The notes beneath the pieces are model-generated. The model was given only the letters and a program-made list of their open reading frames with translations. It did no database searches and was not told the origin of the DNA. Shown here piece after piece: positions 1-30,920 of a stretch of 64,000 nucleotides of DNA. This DNA is from Ophelia neglecta (lineage: Eukaryota): NCBI GenBank assembly GCA_965285935.1, contig OZ260661.1, forward strand, positions 41,168,001 to 41,232,000, read 5' to 3'. The position numbers and the translations under genes are program-made. How positions within the stretch are numbered: the first letter of the stretch is position 1; every line of letters starts with the position of its first letter.

Positions 1-1481
1 GGCTAATGGTGCAGTTTGATTTGTGTAACCAGAGGCAGATGTCTCCACCATAGACTTATTGTCACCCACACTTCGATAAAAAGCCTGTTGAGAATAGTGT
101 TAAATGTCTACCTATAATACCTTATTACATGAATTATGTGTGTAAATTAGCCATTCATGTTTATTAGAAATCAGCCATTTTTTCTTTTCTCTCCATATAT
201 GCAGACAAATCATAGTCAGAAGTCCATTGATGACTGTTGTACATGATATGTGATAGTGTGAGTGCTAAATTTAAATGTACCCAGTACTTCAGAATAAAGA
301 GTACTATCTATAATAACAAACGGTTTGATTTCATTCAATTTAATATCAATTGCTTTATCTAGCAAACTAAGGTTTGTGTACTGTACATGTATATACATGT
401 ATCGGTTTTTCCTTTTGGGATGCTATTGGTCATGTTGTAGCTCTACAGTTTGAATACAAAGCAAGTTTTTTTTGGCTGTTGCTTTGCTACTAGTGTTAGG
501 TAGAGGTAGAGCAATTCCATGATATTAGTTTGCCTCATGAGAGATTTTTGATCCTCCACCGACAGTTCCATTACTTCGACCCATATTGCTTCTGCCTGTT
601 TCTATTGACAAGCTGTTTATTAAAGGTGGAGGTGGTGAGGCTAGGCAGAGGTCATAGACATTTCAAAATGGCTTGAAGGTCAATACGAATAGAAGGGTTC
701 AGATTGGGATTGGGGTCATTTAGGGTTCGGGAGAGGGTTCAGCTTAGTCCAGTCTAGTGGTGTCCTAATCTCAGGGTTCAACTGTGCCATGCATCTACAC
801 GTCTGCTTTTAATCAAAAGCCTCCTGAGCAATCCCTGCATCTAATGACTCGTACAATTAAATTTTGCACACGACCTGCTGCACCTTGGTATATCTTAATA
901 ACTAGCCCTTCATTACCAATTGGCAATCAGTTTGTGGTCAGAACAGAAGTTCTGAGTTTACCTATTTAGGTAAATGGCATGCCACCAGGGGCAATACATT
1001 TTGGTGATTTCGAGTAATATGAAGCAATATTTTGAATTAACAATTTAGGTATAGTGGCATCATTTTATTTGTTGGTGGATGTTCTTGAAAAGTACCAACC
1101 ACCAAACACTTTGGAATACTATCTATCACAGTGGGATGGGCACCCAATCTTTCTTTTGGTTGCTAAAAATATGGATTACATTCTAAATGTATAATTTTAA
1201 TGTATGGCATGAAATAGTAATCTTCGCAAAGTAATAAATGAGTCTGAGATTGTAATAAAATAACTTAATGTTGTATTTCGTACTCTGTCATTTATCAATG
1301 CCGCCATACTGTAACACTACTCTGTATCTTCAAAATAGCTAAATACAAATCTGCTATATACACCAAATTACGCTGAAAGCTGATCACACCAGTGCTACTG
1401 GTAATTTGCAAATCCTGATTGTTATTTTGAAAACAGAAATGTCTCACTGGAATCACCTGCTGCAAAAGATGGGTTGCACAA

Positions 1482-4175
1482 TATTATTTATTATTATTAT
1501 TTATTGAATTTGTTATAGCGCTTTTTCAGTGGAGACTATTCAAAAGCGCTATACAGTAAAAAAAAGCGGGGAATATAATATATATAAAATGATACAATAC
1601 TGGTATGATAACATGAATTAAACCTAGGGTACATATGTACAAATGACATGCAGAGAATGCACATTTAAGTTAAAAGAATAATAAATTATAAAAAACCTCA
1701 AACTAAGATTCAAATGCAATTTGATAAAAATGTGTCTTAAACTTTCTTTTAGAAATGACTAGACTTGGGCTGGTTTTTACCTCTGCAGGAAGGGCATTCC
1801 AGTGGAAGGGGGCTGCATGGGAAAACCGCCGACAGCCGTAGGTTGAGGTGCGGAACCTGGGGATAACCAATATGTTTTGACTCTCCGACCTCAACCCATG
1901 GCTAGGCACATATGGGGTAATCAGATCACTCAGATACTCCAGGGCCATTCCATGCAAACACTTAAATGCAAGACGGCACACCTTGAAACAAACCCTTAGC
2001 TTAACGGGGAGCCAATGTAACTGTGCCAGTAGTGGTGTTAGGTGACAGAAATATGATGATCCTGTCACCATATACGCTGCAGGTTTGCTAGTCCGACAGG
2101 TTTGCTAGCAAAGAGTCCTGCAATCCAACATACAAGGGGTTCAGGTTATCAATTCTCAACGTGACAAAAGCATGGGTAATAGTGAGGAGAGCATCCTGGG
2201 TCAAGTACTCTTTATTTTAGAAATATTCCTGAGCTGAGAGAATGCCAACCTAGAGGCCTGATTTATCTGACACTCAAAAGAACCATCATCCTCAAAAAAT
2301 TGCATCTATATATCCAGCTGATTGTGACACTGGGATATTTGACTGGCCAATCCTTATAGTGTCAACAAGACAACACTCTGATGAGAATTTGGACCTTATT
2401 ACCAGGAACTCTGTTTTGTCATGATTTAATTTTAAAAAGTTTATTGCCATCCAATGACGAACTAAATCAATGCTTTTCTCCAAAGCAGTGCAAACAGAGG
2501 TGCAATCAGCACACTGGAAGGTGGCATAAAGTTGCGAGTCATCGGTGTAAAAATAGTATGGTACATCATTCCCCCGGAGCACATCCCCCAAGGGAAGAAT
2601 GTAAGCCGAAAAGAGAATCGGGCCCAAAACACTACCCTGAGGAACCCCACAGAGCAGAGGTGTGGACTGTGATGACTCATAGTAACACACTGTGATCTTT
2701 CAGACAAATACGACCTGAACCACAAGAGAGCAGTGTCACTAATACCAAGTCTATGCTGTAGACGCCGAAGCAAGATAGAGTGGTTTACCGTAACAAAGGC
2801 GGCGGACAGATCTATTAACACAAGAAACACACCATACTGTCGGTCCAGTGCACCGAGAATATCATCCTGGACCTTTAAAAGCGCAGTCTCAACACTGTCA
2901 TTGCGCTTATATGCTGACTGTAAAATCTCGTCGAGAGCTTTGGCAACCATGTGCTCAGTCAAGCGTGCAGCGACTACTCTCTCGGCAATCTTTGACAAAA
3001 ATGTCAAATTAAGACACTGGACGGAAATAATTTAAAGTCTCTTTGCAAAGACTTGTCTTCTTCAGAAGGGGACTGACCACTGCTGCCTTTAAACGATGGG
3101 GGACAACGCCCAAACTGAGGGATTTGTTTATAATCAGCGTGATAGCTAGTGATGGCTGGGAGGACCTCATCAATCACATCCTTGAGGAGCCATGTCGGGA
3201 GTGGGACTAACTCATAGGATTTGGTAGGTGACTTCATTATTATAACCTTTATCTCTGCCATGCTTGCGGGTGCAAGCACGGTCATAGCAATACCATTAAA
3301 AACATCTCCTGGCGAGGTGGCACGCCTTCCGCAATACGTGCCGACTGAAGCTTGGCCTGGATTTTTGCAATCATGTCGGAGAAGAAGCAAACAAAACAAT
3401 CTGCTAAATTCTTAGGTGATTGGTGTGTGGGAAGAGGTGTTTCCCTATCACGATACAAGAGATTTTTTATCACCTTAAACAATGCTTTCAGGTTATTGGG
3501 ATTGGATTGAACCTTATCAACATAATAATCAGCCTTGGAAGTCTGCATTATCGAAGTCAGTTTGGTTGCTTGCGCCTTACACATAGCCCTATGTATTGCT
3601 AGCTTCGTTCGCTGCCACAAGCGCTCATACCTGCGTTTACAACGCCGAGCTTCAGCGATGGTTTCGTTTTGCGATGGTGTATTGTGTCAGACAGTTATTT
3701 CCCTACACTTAACAGGAGCATGCTTGTCAAGAATTGTGGTCAAGACTGAGTCATACTCATCAACAAGCTCGGAAACTCATTTATTAGATTTACTGGAAGA
3801 GATAAGCCGAGAAGAAATAATATCCCCTTCATCAATTTCCTATCAATGGCCTTGAGCTTCCTTTATTTTATCACTTTAGTCTTGGGCTTTGGCTTGCCTC
3901 TGGTCAAATTAATGTGAATTGCAAAATGGTCAGATATTGGACAAGACACCTTTACATCACTAACATCATCATACATTTTAGTAATTACCAAATCAAGAGT
4001 ATGACCATTTGAATGAGTTTGCTGTGACACATGTTGTTTCAAATTACACGATTCAAGTATTTCCAAAAATCGTTTAGCAGAATTATCATCTTTAACGTCC
4101 ATGTTGAAATTAAAATCACCTATGATAACAATACTTCCAGGCAATACAAGCAAAAGTGCCAACAAGTTAGCTACG
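1482..4175 (-). mobile_element. Degenerate 5'-truncated LINE (L2/CR1 group) ORF2 remnant with 3' tail
   Basis: Frameshifted minus-strand ORF fragments in the correct order: APE endonuclease (IIGDFNF, THSNGHTLDLVIT, ISDHFAI; 3863-4165), RT (SVETALLKV, LIDLSAAF, GVPQGSVLGPILF, YTDDSQLY; 2292-3007), C-terminal LHWLPV..R..FK and APFHWNALP (1703-2071). Ends in a 3' stem-loop (1514-1553) and an (AAT)n-like tail at ~1482-1505. Confidence 0.93.
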
Positions 4176-7100
4176 CCTGGAGCTACATAAAAGCAGTATG
4201 TAAAAATACCATATTCCAGAAAAACTAAAGAATGTAGCTCTTAAAAAGATACTTGGCATGACTGCATCATTAGGAGCAATAACACCAGACTGTACAGATT
4301 GCCCCACTCCTGTTGTTAGTCCGTGAGCAAAGGACACAAAATACCTGAATCACTACCGTATTGGGGGGCAATAGCTATCAGTTATTTCCTATAGCTGACC
4401 GGCTGCGATCGGAAAAGAAATTACACTTGATCTGCCCCACCATACCAAAATGTTTCAGAACAGCCCCGCACCTCTTGGAGAGGCAACTTGATCAAATCTC
4501 TTCTGGGCATAGGCCACTGTAATTGAACATTTAAAAAGAGAGAGAACCTAATGTTTGTGACCCAATTATTTGTTAGTCTAGTGATTTTATCGAAACTAGA
4601 AACCGGTTTTATAATGTTAACAGCCTAAAAACACTTTTATTGGTTTGTCCACAGCAGATCCTTCAAAATTTGAGAACGATAGACCTCTTCTACAAAATGT
4701 AGTAGATCTTGAACACGGAAACGATTTTAATTGAGGGTTTGAACAATGCTATTTATTGACTGACTAGCTTTGTATCATTCTCTATTTATGCATTTTAGTT
4801 TGACGCTTGATCCATGCACCTAGAAAGGTTTTATGAAATAAAGCTAAATAAGATATTATTGGTACCATTACTCCATGTTAACATAATTCCAATTGCTCTA
4901 AAATTGGTAGTGAAAAAATGTCTATCTCATGGACTTCAATGTGGCATACCCGACTTAGTACTGGAAATTGTTGGAAAGAAAAAAACATTGGATTTCAATA
5001 TGGGCACACGATTCGTACCTATAATGACTTGAATTGCATGCCCAAAGCCTACTTCCGTAATGAATTGCCAATCTGTTGCTCATTCATTGACAGACCAGGA
5101 ATCATGGAAGGCCTATTCATTGTAGATTTTTGACATGAATCAGCCACCTCATGACAATCTGTGGAGCCCATTACAGAATTGTATACCAGACAAATATATT
5201 GGCCTAACTGTTGAGTTATGCGAAATGATAGCATCAATAATAAAACAACACGAACTGTTGTGACATTTTTGCACATCAACTTTATTATTTAACTAATTTT
5301 TTAAGAGCACTACTTCTGTAATGATTTAACACTCTTTTTCAGTTCATTATATTTATTGCACTTCTACTGCTTTTGGCTTTCCATTTATAATCTTTACAGT
5401 CATTACTAGTACGAAATGTGCTGTATTAGCAGAAAGGATTCCACGATTTGTTTTTCGATTTTCTTACCTAGCCCATACAGACTTTTTATTTTGAAAATTT
5501 GTCACAATGAAAAAACCACTGATACACTGCCAACATTTCATTGGTGTTTCCTGTAGTTTTCAGGACAAACTATGTCACAATAACACTGGGGGGTCACCCA
5601 TAACACTCATTCAATCTTTAGGATGTTTATACATAATCACAATCTAAAATAATAAAAAACTACACATCTGAATACAACAATTATTTTATTAAATATCCAT
5701 ATACATGTATATATACAGTATTACAAGCTGTACAATTTACAGATGTACCTTTACAGTGGTTCACACTTGCCTTAATAATTAAAAGCATCTTCTGTACTGA
5801 AAAGGTTGACAATAAATGCATAAAAATAGCTGGCATAGCTAATCATATAGATGTGCCAAAGAACCTAGAAGAGATTTTAATTTCAAACCCATATATTGAA
5901 TAATGTAATGCATTCAAAGTTTCCTTTTTCCAATTCCATAAAAGCGCAGACTTCTCAAATGTCAATTTAACAGTGGCAAAATAAACTTCATGTTTTGCTT
6001 ACAATTAGTTCATTGCAAAAAATTATTGAAACAATGAACAATAAACAAATTTCTTTGGCATTATTCTTATTCAAATATGTAACTCGGAAGTTAGTGACCA
6101 CAAGTGAAAACTGTTATTGGTGGAATGATTGGCAGTCATTTAAAAATGTTCAGAATTCACTTGGTAGCATTTATGAATGGGGCAATGTAAGTGCTTCTGT
6201 AATACATGTACATTTAGACGTGCATATAAACACTTCTGACTTTCTACTGTATTGAAATGGCAATATTTTATATCCTAGCTATAGTTATCTGGTTAAGTAT
6301 CATTGAAATGTTTCATTTAACAGGATCTGTGTTTACAGATGTAGACACTATCCCATAGAACACACATACATGTACACCTGTCAAACAAACATAAAACAGG
6401 GCCAGCTTATCTTGAGTATTACCATGGACGTCCCAAAATCAGATGCAATCACGATTATATAGACCTTGTAAAAACAACAGCTACCTATATGCTTGTAATA
6501 TTGTATTTTTCCAAGAGTGCATTTTAATAATATTTACATCATAAACTGTACCAATAAAGGGAGTAGTTCTCACAAAGAGATGGACAAACAATGCAGTCTT
6601 TTATGAAGTGGAAACAAGCACATTTAGTATTTATAGAACTAATTATAGTTCCATGCTCAGTCAGCACTGAGGGCAGGAGGGCTTACAACCAAACACATGC
6701 TGTTTATCAATAACTTAGACAGACATAATAAATACACATATCACAATTTGAAAAGTTGGTGTGTCTTAATATGGCATGAATTAATAAAGCAGACATGTGT
6801 TATCAAAGTCACTCAAAATGAGAATGGTCACATTTCAATACAATAATTATGCATTTGCCGTGCAGCGTTAACACTGTAGTTGTGAGACCAGACAAGGTAC
6901 TTCTAGTATCAAGCTGTGTATATGTCCAACTGCCACAATGGAACTTTAAATAGGTGAACAGTGTATTACACTGCAGCCCTTCTGTCAAATACAAGAATCC
7001 TGGAGTGATATATAATCTTAACACTCTCATTTTGGTGATGATTAGTGGCATGCTCATTGTAGACAGCCAGCCGTGGGTGGCTGCACCCAACATGTATGAC

Positions 7101-8301
7101 AAAGCATACAATCTTCAGATATCTTAACGTTGATAATTGTGTACACATGTATGCCTTTTATCCTTGCAATAAGGAAAAGATGGTTAAGCTACAATGTACA
7201 AATTAGGTCTGGTAGGCCTTTAATTTGTCCCTCATTAAGTGTAATGTGTAAAACATTTACATGTAGCTAATCCTTAAGAAAATCCCAATATGTTCAAACC
7301 TCATTCAATAAAAATGATAATTATGTTTACAGAATTTTGGTTTCAGTTACAGATCCTGAGGAACTTACCATTTATCTTGTGGATGTTGATTATTTTCCTC
7401 AAAAGATTCTGATCAAGCTTAAAAAATTTCAGATCCATCACAAACAAAATACATACAAAAAGAGGCCAGTACTTCATGAAGAAAACTGTAGGAGACCATT
7501 CAGATAAAAGTTGGTTAAATGTAACAACTGTCAAGAATATATTATTAAAAATAGAAAACAAGTAAAAAATGCTTTGATGTAAACATAGGTGCACTAAACA
7601 TATTGGGAATCTTAGCTGACCTTATTAATTCATATTATCTATGATAATATTATCAATGAACTCCTGGTTACAGACAATTGGTTTGACAATCATTAACAAA
7701 GGTACTTCACATATATCTGTATGCATATAATGCATATATATATCTATATATACATGTACACATACAAATGTAAAGGTCGGTAGAATATATGATACACATA
7801 CATGTACATGATAGGGCTTCACTTTCCCAACATGAGAATTAGTGCCTTATTCACTTCCTTGACACTACTGCTTCTGAGATGTCAAATTAGAATTAAGGGA
7901 AAATTTCCTATTCATGTTCAATGTAACATATGATTACTTATTACATCTCAAATATTTTTGTATTTGAATAAAGTTAATTATCCATGACACAGTGGGGGTG
8001 GCATCCTAACCAAAGCTTTATCCAAAATCTGTTCCTTTCCATTGTAGACGATGACATTAGCTGAATGACAAACACTTGGGGGTTTGATTTGATATGATCA
8101 AGACTATAACTCCAACTGAATCAGAAACCATTCCTTATATCACTCATGCCTTTCAGCTCCACTGAAATTCCTCTATCACATACACTTCTCATGCAAGTAC
8201 AAGTCCTGACCTCTGGTGAGGATTTATTTTATTATACACTGCTGCCATCTAGGGCAGAGCTACACAGTTTTGTGTTAAGGGTGCTGGTAGGAGAAGATTT
8301 T

Positions 8302-23315
<15,014 letters not shown>

Positions 23316-23927
23316 ATTTCCACAAAATGTCAAGCAGAAATGGTACTGCTCTTCCTTGTCTTCAATTCAATATGGCTTCTTCAATCACGTGATATTCTAC
23401 GTCCAAGGAAGGCTGCAAGGTGGGATTTCGATTTATGTTCATTTTAGGTACTTCGCTTTAAAACATGAACATTTCATCCTTATTAATGATTAATAACCAG
23501 ATGCCGTTATTTGTACATTTTCATATAGGGTTTTTTGTGACTGTCTGCATAAATTAGCATTTTGACAGGGAGACATCAGGGGGTTTCTCTTTATAATCAT
23601 AAAATTGAATGACGTCATTTTCTCCAGCGTGGAATCTCCTGCACAGGCCTCGTGGTGTTGTTTACATTCTTGGTCGATCTAACGTAAGGCTTAAGTCACC
23701 TGCCACGGTGGCATTAAATTAACTTAATTCCTGGAGTACCAAATGATGTGTGCAATGACACGTGGAAGTACTAGCATAACTAATCGCTCGCCATATAAAC
23801 CCTGCGTATTTTCGACCCTTAACCATTATTTATTTTACGTTTAACGGTCGAGAAGCAAAGAAATAGGATCATTGGATTGACAGCGAGCATAGCATCCCGA
23901 CCGTACTACTTATTACACAAACTCAGA
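23316..23927. promoter_or_regulatory. Divergent (head-to-head) promoter region of Rab4 and ARF-like gene 1
   Basis: 612 bp between opposing ATGs. Contains TCACGTGA 23385-23392, kB-like GGGGTTTCTC 23580-23589, CRE TGACGTCA 23610-23617, Fox site TTGTTTAC 23658-23665, GACACGTGGAAG 23757-23768 and TATAAA 23794-23799. Confidence 0.75.
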
Positions 23928-25497
<1,570 letters not shown>

Positions 25498-26299
25498 GTG
25501 TTAGATCAACCATCCATAATTGAAATTAATGGAGTGTGTTTACATTTATTGATATAATGTACATTTATTTGTTAGGAACACAAAGGTCACAAAACATTGA
25601 AGATTATATTCTTCATTATTTATGTTATTTATTAAATGTTCATTGAGTGAACATATTGTGAGGCATATTGAGGGCTGTCCGTATTTTCATGACAAGAGTG
25701 CAGATCTTTATTACATTTGCATCTAAGAAAATGAACGTAAAGAACACACTCATCCCTCCACGAGATTTAATCAGAGTATGAATGTGTTGGCACTGCTGCA
25801 GTGGAAGTAGAATGCAATCATATCAAAATCATATTAAAATCCTTTACAGTTTTATATTTTGTATTAGAAAACTGGGTATATGTGCAGGAATAAGCAAACT
25901 TTACTTATAATGGGATAAAAAAACCTGCAGACTTGATAATGATGTATATGGTCATAATGTCAATATGTATATAGATTTAGTCTGGATAGCTCATTGTTAT
26001 ATACACATAATATTTATCCATAAAATGTTCACCTATCTATTTAATGTTTATATTGTAATTGTGCAATCATCTGCATCTTCAAATGTATAATATCATTCAC
26101 TAATAAACATATTTGAGCATTTCAATTTGATCTTATTTTTTTTCAGGATTATTGCATCATAAAACATGAGAACACTGTTTTTTACATCTATCACTGCTCT
26201 CTCTGTAAAGGGTAACAAATGTATCTTGGGACTTAAGCATGAATATTTGTGTATGCATAATCTTCATGAGTTGCCAACAAATGTTTGCAAAAGTTTCAT

Positions 26300-27195
26300 G
26301 ATTATACCAATGTCTTCTTATTAGGTGTCACCACCAAAGCATGGGCGAGTGGTTAGGGCATCCGCCTCGCAAGTGGGAGATCGGGGTTCGAAGCTCGATC
26401 GCTTCAAACCTAAGACGTAAAAACAGGCACTGATAGCTCCCCTGCCAGGTGCCCGGCATTTCGGGGGTAGTATCAGGACTGGACAACCCGGTGTTAGTAT
26501 AATGTGACTGGGTGGGGTTCCCTGTCTGGTGTCTATGGCAGGTACTCCAGTGAGACGTACAGCCCCACTGAGCCCACTGTCACAAGTGGGCACTGTGGCG
26601 ATATGACAGATAAGTGTTGAAAGCCACGTAAAATCCGAAACAACTTATTAGGTGTCAATCTGGCTCTGCTGCAGCACCTTCAAAAGTTACACAACTTTAC
26701 AGCACATGTCATCAAACTACTTCCCCTTTGAGACCATATTGCTCCCTAGTCCAGGAATTACACCGGCTGCCTGTGAAACAGCCCCTAAATTTCAGAATCC
26801 TTGTCATAACTATTAGGGCGATGTATGGGAATGGCACCAGCATACATCTCTCACATCCTGCAGGTGTACTTTGCCCCTTGTTCATTAAGGTCAGAGGACG
26901 GGTTTCTTCTTGATGCTCCTCTCATGAGGACAGAAACAAAATGACAACCGAAATGTTGAACAGTTTGCCAGAAAGCTTTAAGAGAGCTGACTGCTTGGCT
27001 AGTTTTAAAAAATGTGTCAAACCCATATATTCATTACACAGTTCATATAAGTGAAGTAGCATAATAAGACATAGTCATAGCCATTTACTAATTTGATCAT
27101 ATATTATTGCTTTTTTAGTTTTCTTTCTTTTTATAATTGTATATTTAATGATAGATATTTGGGTAAAAAGATAAATAAAATGATAATAATAATGC
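26300..27195 (+). mobile_element. Old L2/CR1-group LINE 3' fragment, interrupted by a SINE
   Basis: Removing the SINE restores DYTNVFLLGV-NLALLQHLQK (cf. the DYCNSLL.G..LQ motif), followed by ELHRLPVKQPLNFRIL (cf. LHWLPV..R..FK). Ends in an (AAT)n-like tail at ~27171-27193. Confidence 0.6.
26331..26643 (+). mobile_element. tRNA-derived SINE (Meta-domain-like) with 14-bp TSD
   Basis: A-box-like GGCGAGTGGTTAGG, B-box GGTTCGAAGCTC, central GGACTGG..CCCGGTGTTAGTATAATGTGACTGGGTGG, tail GATATGAC...TGTTGAAAGCCACGTAAAATCCGAAACAA. TSD CTTATTAGGTGTCA at 26317-26330 and 26644-26657. Confidence 0.92.
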
Positions 27196-27930
27196 ACTTT
27201 AGACTATCATAAACAGTTTTCTGTATTAATTCAAGAAAGTGTAGGATGCATAAACTAAATGCCCTTATTTCCATTAATGATAATGGTATTATTTTCAATT
27301 TTCGTTTAAATAAGTCTCTTTGATTAAAATTCGCCTTTGAATTTTTTGTTAAACGATTTATTGTTTACAAAAAAAAAATGTTATGCATGTGTTACTATTA
27401 TTTTTTTTTAAATTACCTACCGCTAAACAATTATAAATCATATCGATTAATATATTTTATTCCTCAAATGAAAGAGAGTTTTTAAACACTTTTTTTGGCA
27501 GTTTATACCAAACTGCATTAATCAAGACAGGGCAAGACGATGGCACACAGTCGCAAATCTGCTCAATATCATTGAAATCTTCCAACCCAACAATTCAGCC
27601 ACGCACCCCAGTGGAGCTTGTCGTTAGATCAGATGATAGTGATTATTAATAGTTGGTATACAAATTGGCTCGTACGGACACTTCTGCGATTGTGCGACCG
27701 TATTCGCAGCTCATTAGCATATGAATACCGTGATTAACTCCTTGCGGCCGAGGGCCTCTATTCCAATGCCTGGTATATACATCTCTGTTAGGCACCGACA
27801 ACTCGATGGTGGGGGCATTATTCTGATGATGCATATGTTCCCTTATTCACCATCAATTTTATAAAAGATAAGGGTTTGGTAGTATCGACAACTCGTGATG
27901 TTTGTTATCAAAATTACATTTCAGTGCTCG

Positions 27931-28104
27931 AGTGGCGGATTCAGGGGGGGGGGGGGGGGCAAAAAGTGAGTCTGGACCAGGGCCTATTTCTGGACCCACG
28001 CAAGGTGGTTTCAGATGTTTGGTAACGGGGACAATCCAGACATTTTCCTTGACAGCCTTGGAAAATTTGGGTCCTCCCTTCCTGAAATCCTAGATACGCC
28101 ACTG
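27931..28104 (+). mobile_element. MITE, family copy A
   Basis: TIR-like ends AGTGGCGGAT / ATACGCCACTG with near-6-bp flanking repeats (gtgctc/atgctc). Homologous over its length to 52101-52276 in reverse orientation. Confidence 0.85.
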
Positions 28105-28850
28105 ATGCTCTGCACACTAAACGTAACTTATTTCTCAAGTGAGACATTATGAATGTTACCTTGCTCATGACTTTTGACGACCTACTAATTAGCATCACAA
28201 GTTTAGTTACTACATGTATTTAAAGCCAAAGACAAAATACTGCATGTATAGCTAAACAAACAACTTGCTATGTACATGTCGAAGTTTCAATCCAATAATG
28301 AAAGAAATAATATTTTGGCCAAAACCTAACTCATCAGTATGGTAACTGTTAATCATGTGGTATATAAAATTGGTATCAGCCTACATAGCTAGCTATGTAC
28401 TATGTAGCCATTTTTGCAAGCCCAATTTGCCACAAAATAAAGTCGACGACGCTCTAAATTTGGTGCCGTCGTCATGGTAGCAGATTTGTTTCTCCCAATT
28501 TGGCGTTGTCGTCTTTATATCGTGGAGATAGCATGATAGGCTCCTCGCAATCTGTCTTCGTCCATGAAGTACCTACCAAATAAGTAACCTGGAGACACAA
28601 CATGACAATGAGCATTGCATTTTTATTGTGAAAAAAAGTTGCCCATGATGATGAAACTTATTGCACCCCTTCGACACTCAGATGATTTCAAAATGTTCTC
28701 CCCCCCCCGTTTTGGTGGTCCCCCCCCCCAAAAAAAAGGGGATATGACGATTTATTTTCTATCGGTTAAGTCATGTAATAAACATTAACTGAGCGCTATT
28801 TTCTATTTATTCCCCTATCATTTGTAATGAGGAGTCTCGTTTCGGTTCTT

Positions 28851-29066
28851 TGGGGAATCCATCGACCTCACTATAAACCTGGGAATCCCTTCTCGAAATT
28901 GAATGACGTCATTTTCTCCAGCGTGGATTCTACAGCATGGGCCGCGTGCTGTTTGTTTACATATTAATTGGTATTTCACAACGTGGATAGTGCGAGTGCC
29001 CCAACTCTTGAGGTGTGTTCGGTGACACGTGGAAGGACCAGCATAGCTGGTATTTCGCTATAAAAA
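28851..29066 (+). promoter_or_regulatory. Promoter module of ARF copy 2
   Basis: kB-like GGGGAATCC 28852 and GGGAATCCC 28881, CRE 28904-28911, TTGTTTAC 28953-28960, GACACGTGGAAG 29024-29035, TATAAAAA 29059-29066. Colinear with the copy-1 promoter. Confidence 0.75.
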
Positions 29067-29237
29067 CCCAACACATTTTGATCCTCAATCAAATCTCACT
29101 TTTGCATGTGGCGGGCGAGAAACAGAAATAGGATCATTTTATTACCAGTGAGATTTCAAGATTTTCAAGATTTCGCGCATTTCAAGGGTAGGCCTTCTCG
29201 ATCAAGTATAAATATTTCGATTGGAAACAAACTGAGA

Positions 29238-30920
<1,683 letters not shown>

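Noticed and set aside
26331-26410. tRNA gene
   Set aside because: It is the tRNA-derived head of a SINE: it continues into a SINE body, has a TSD and lacks a proper acceptor stem.
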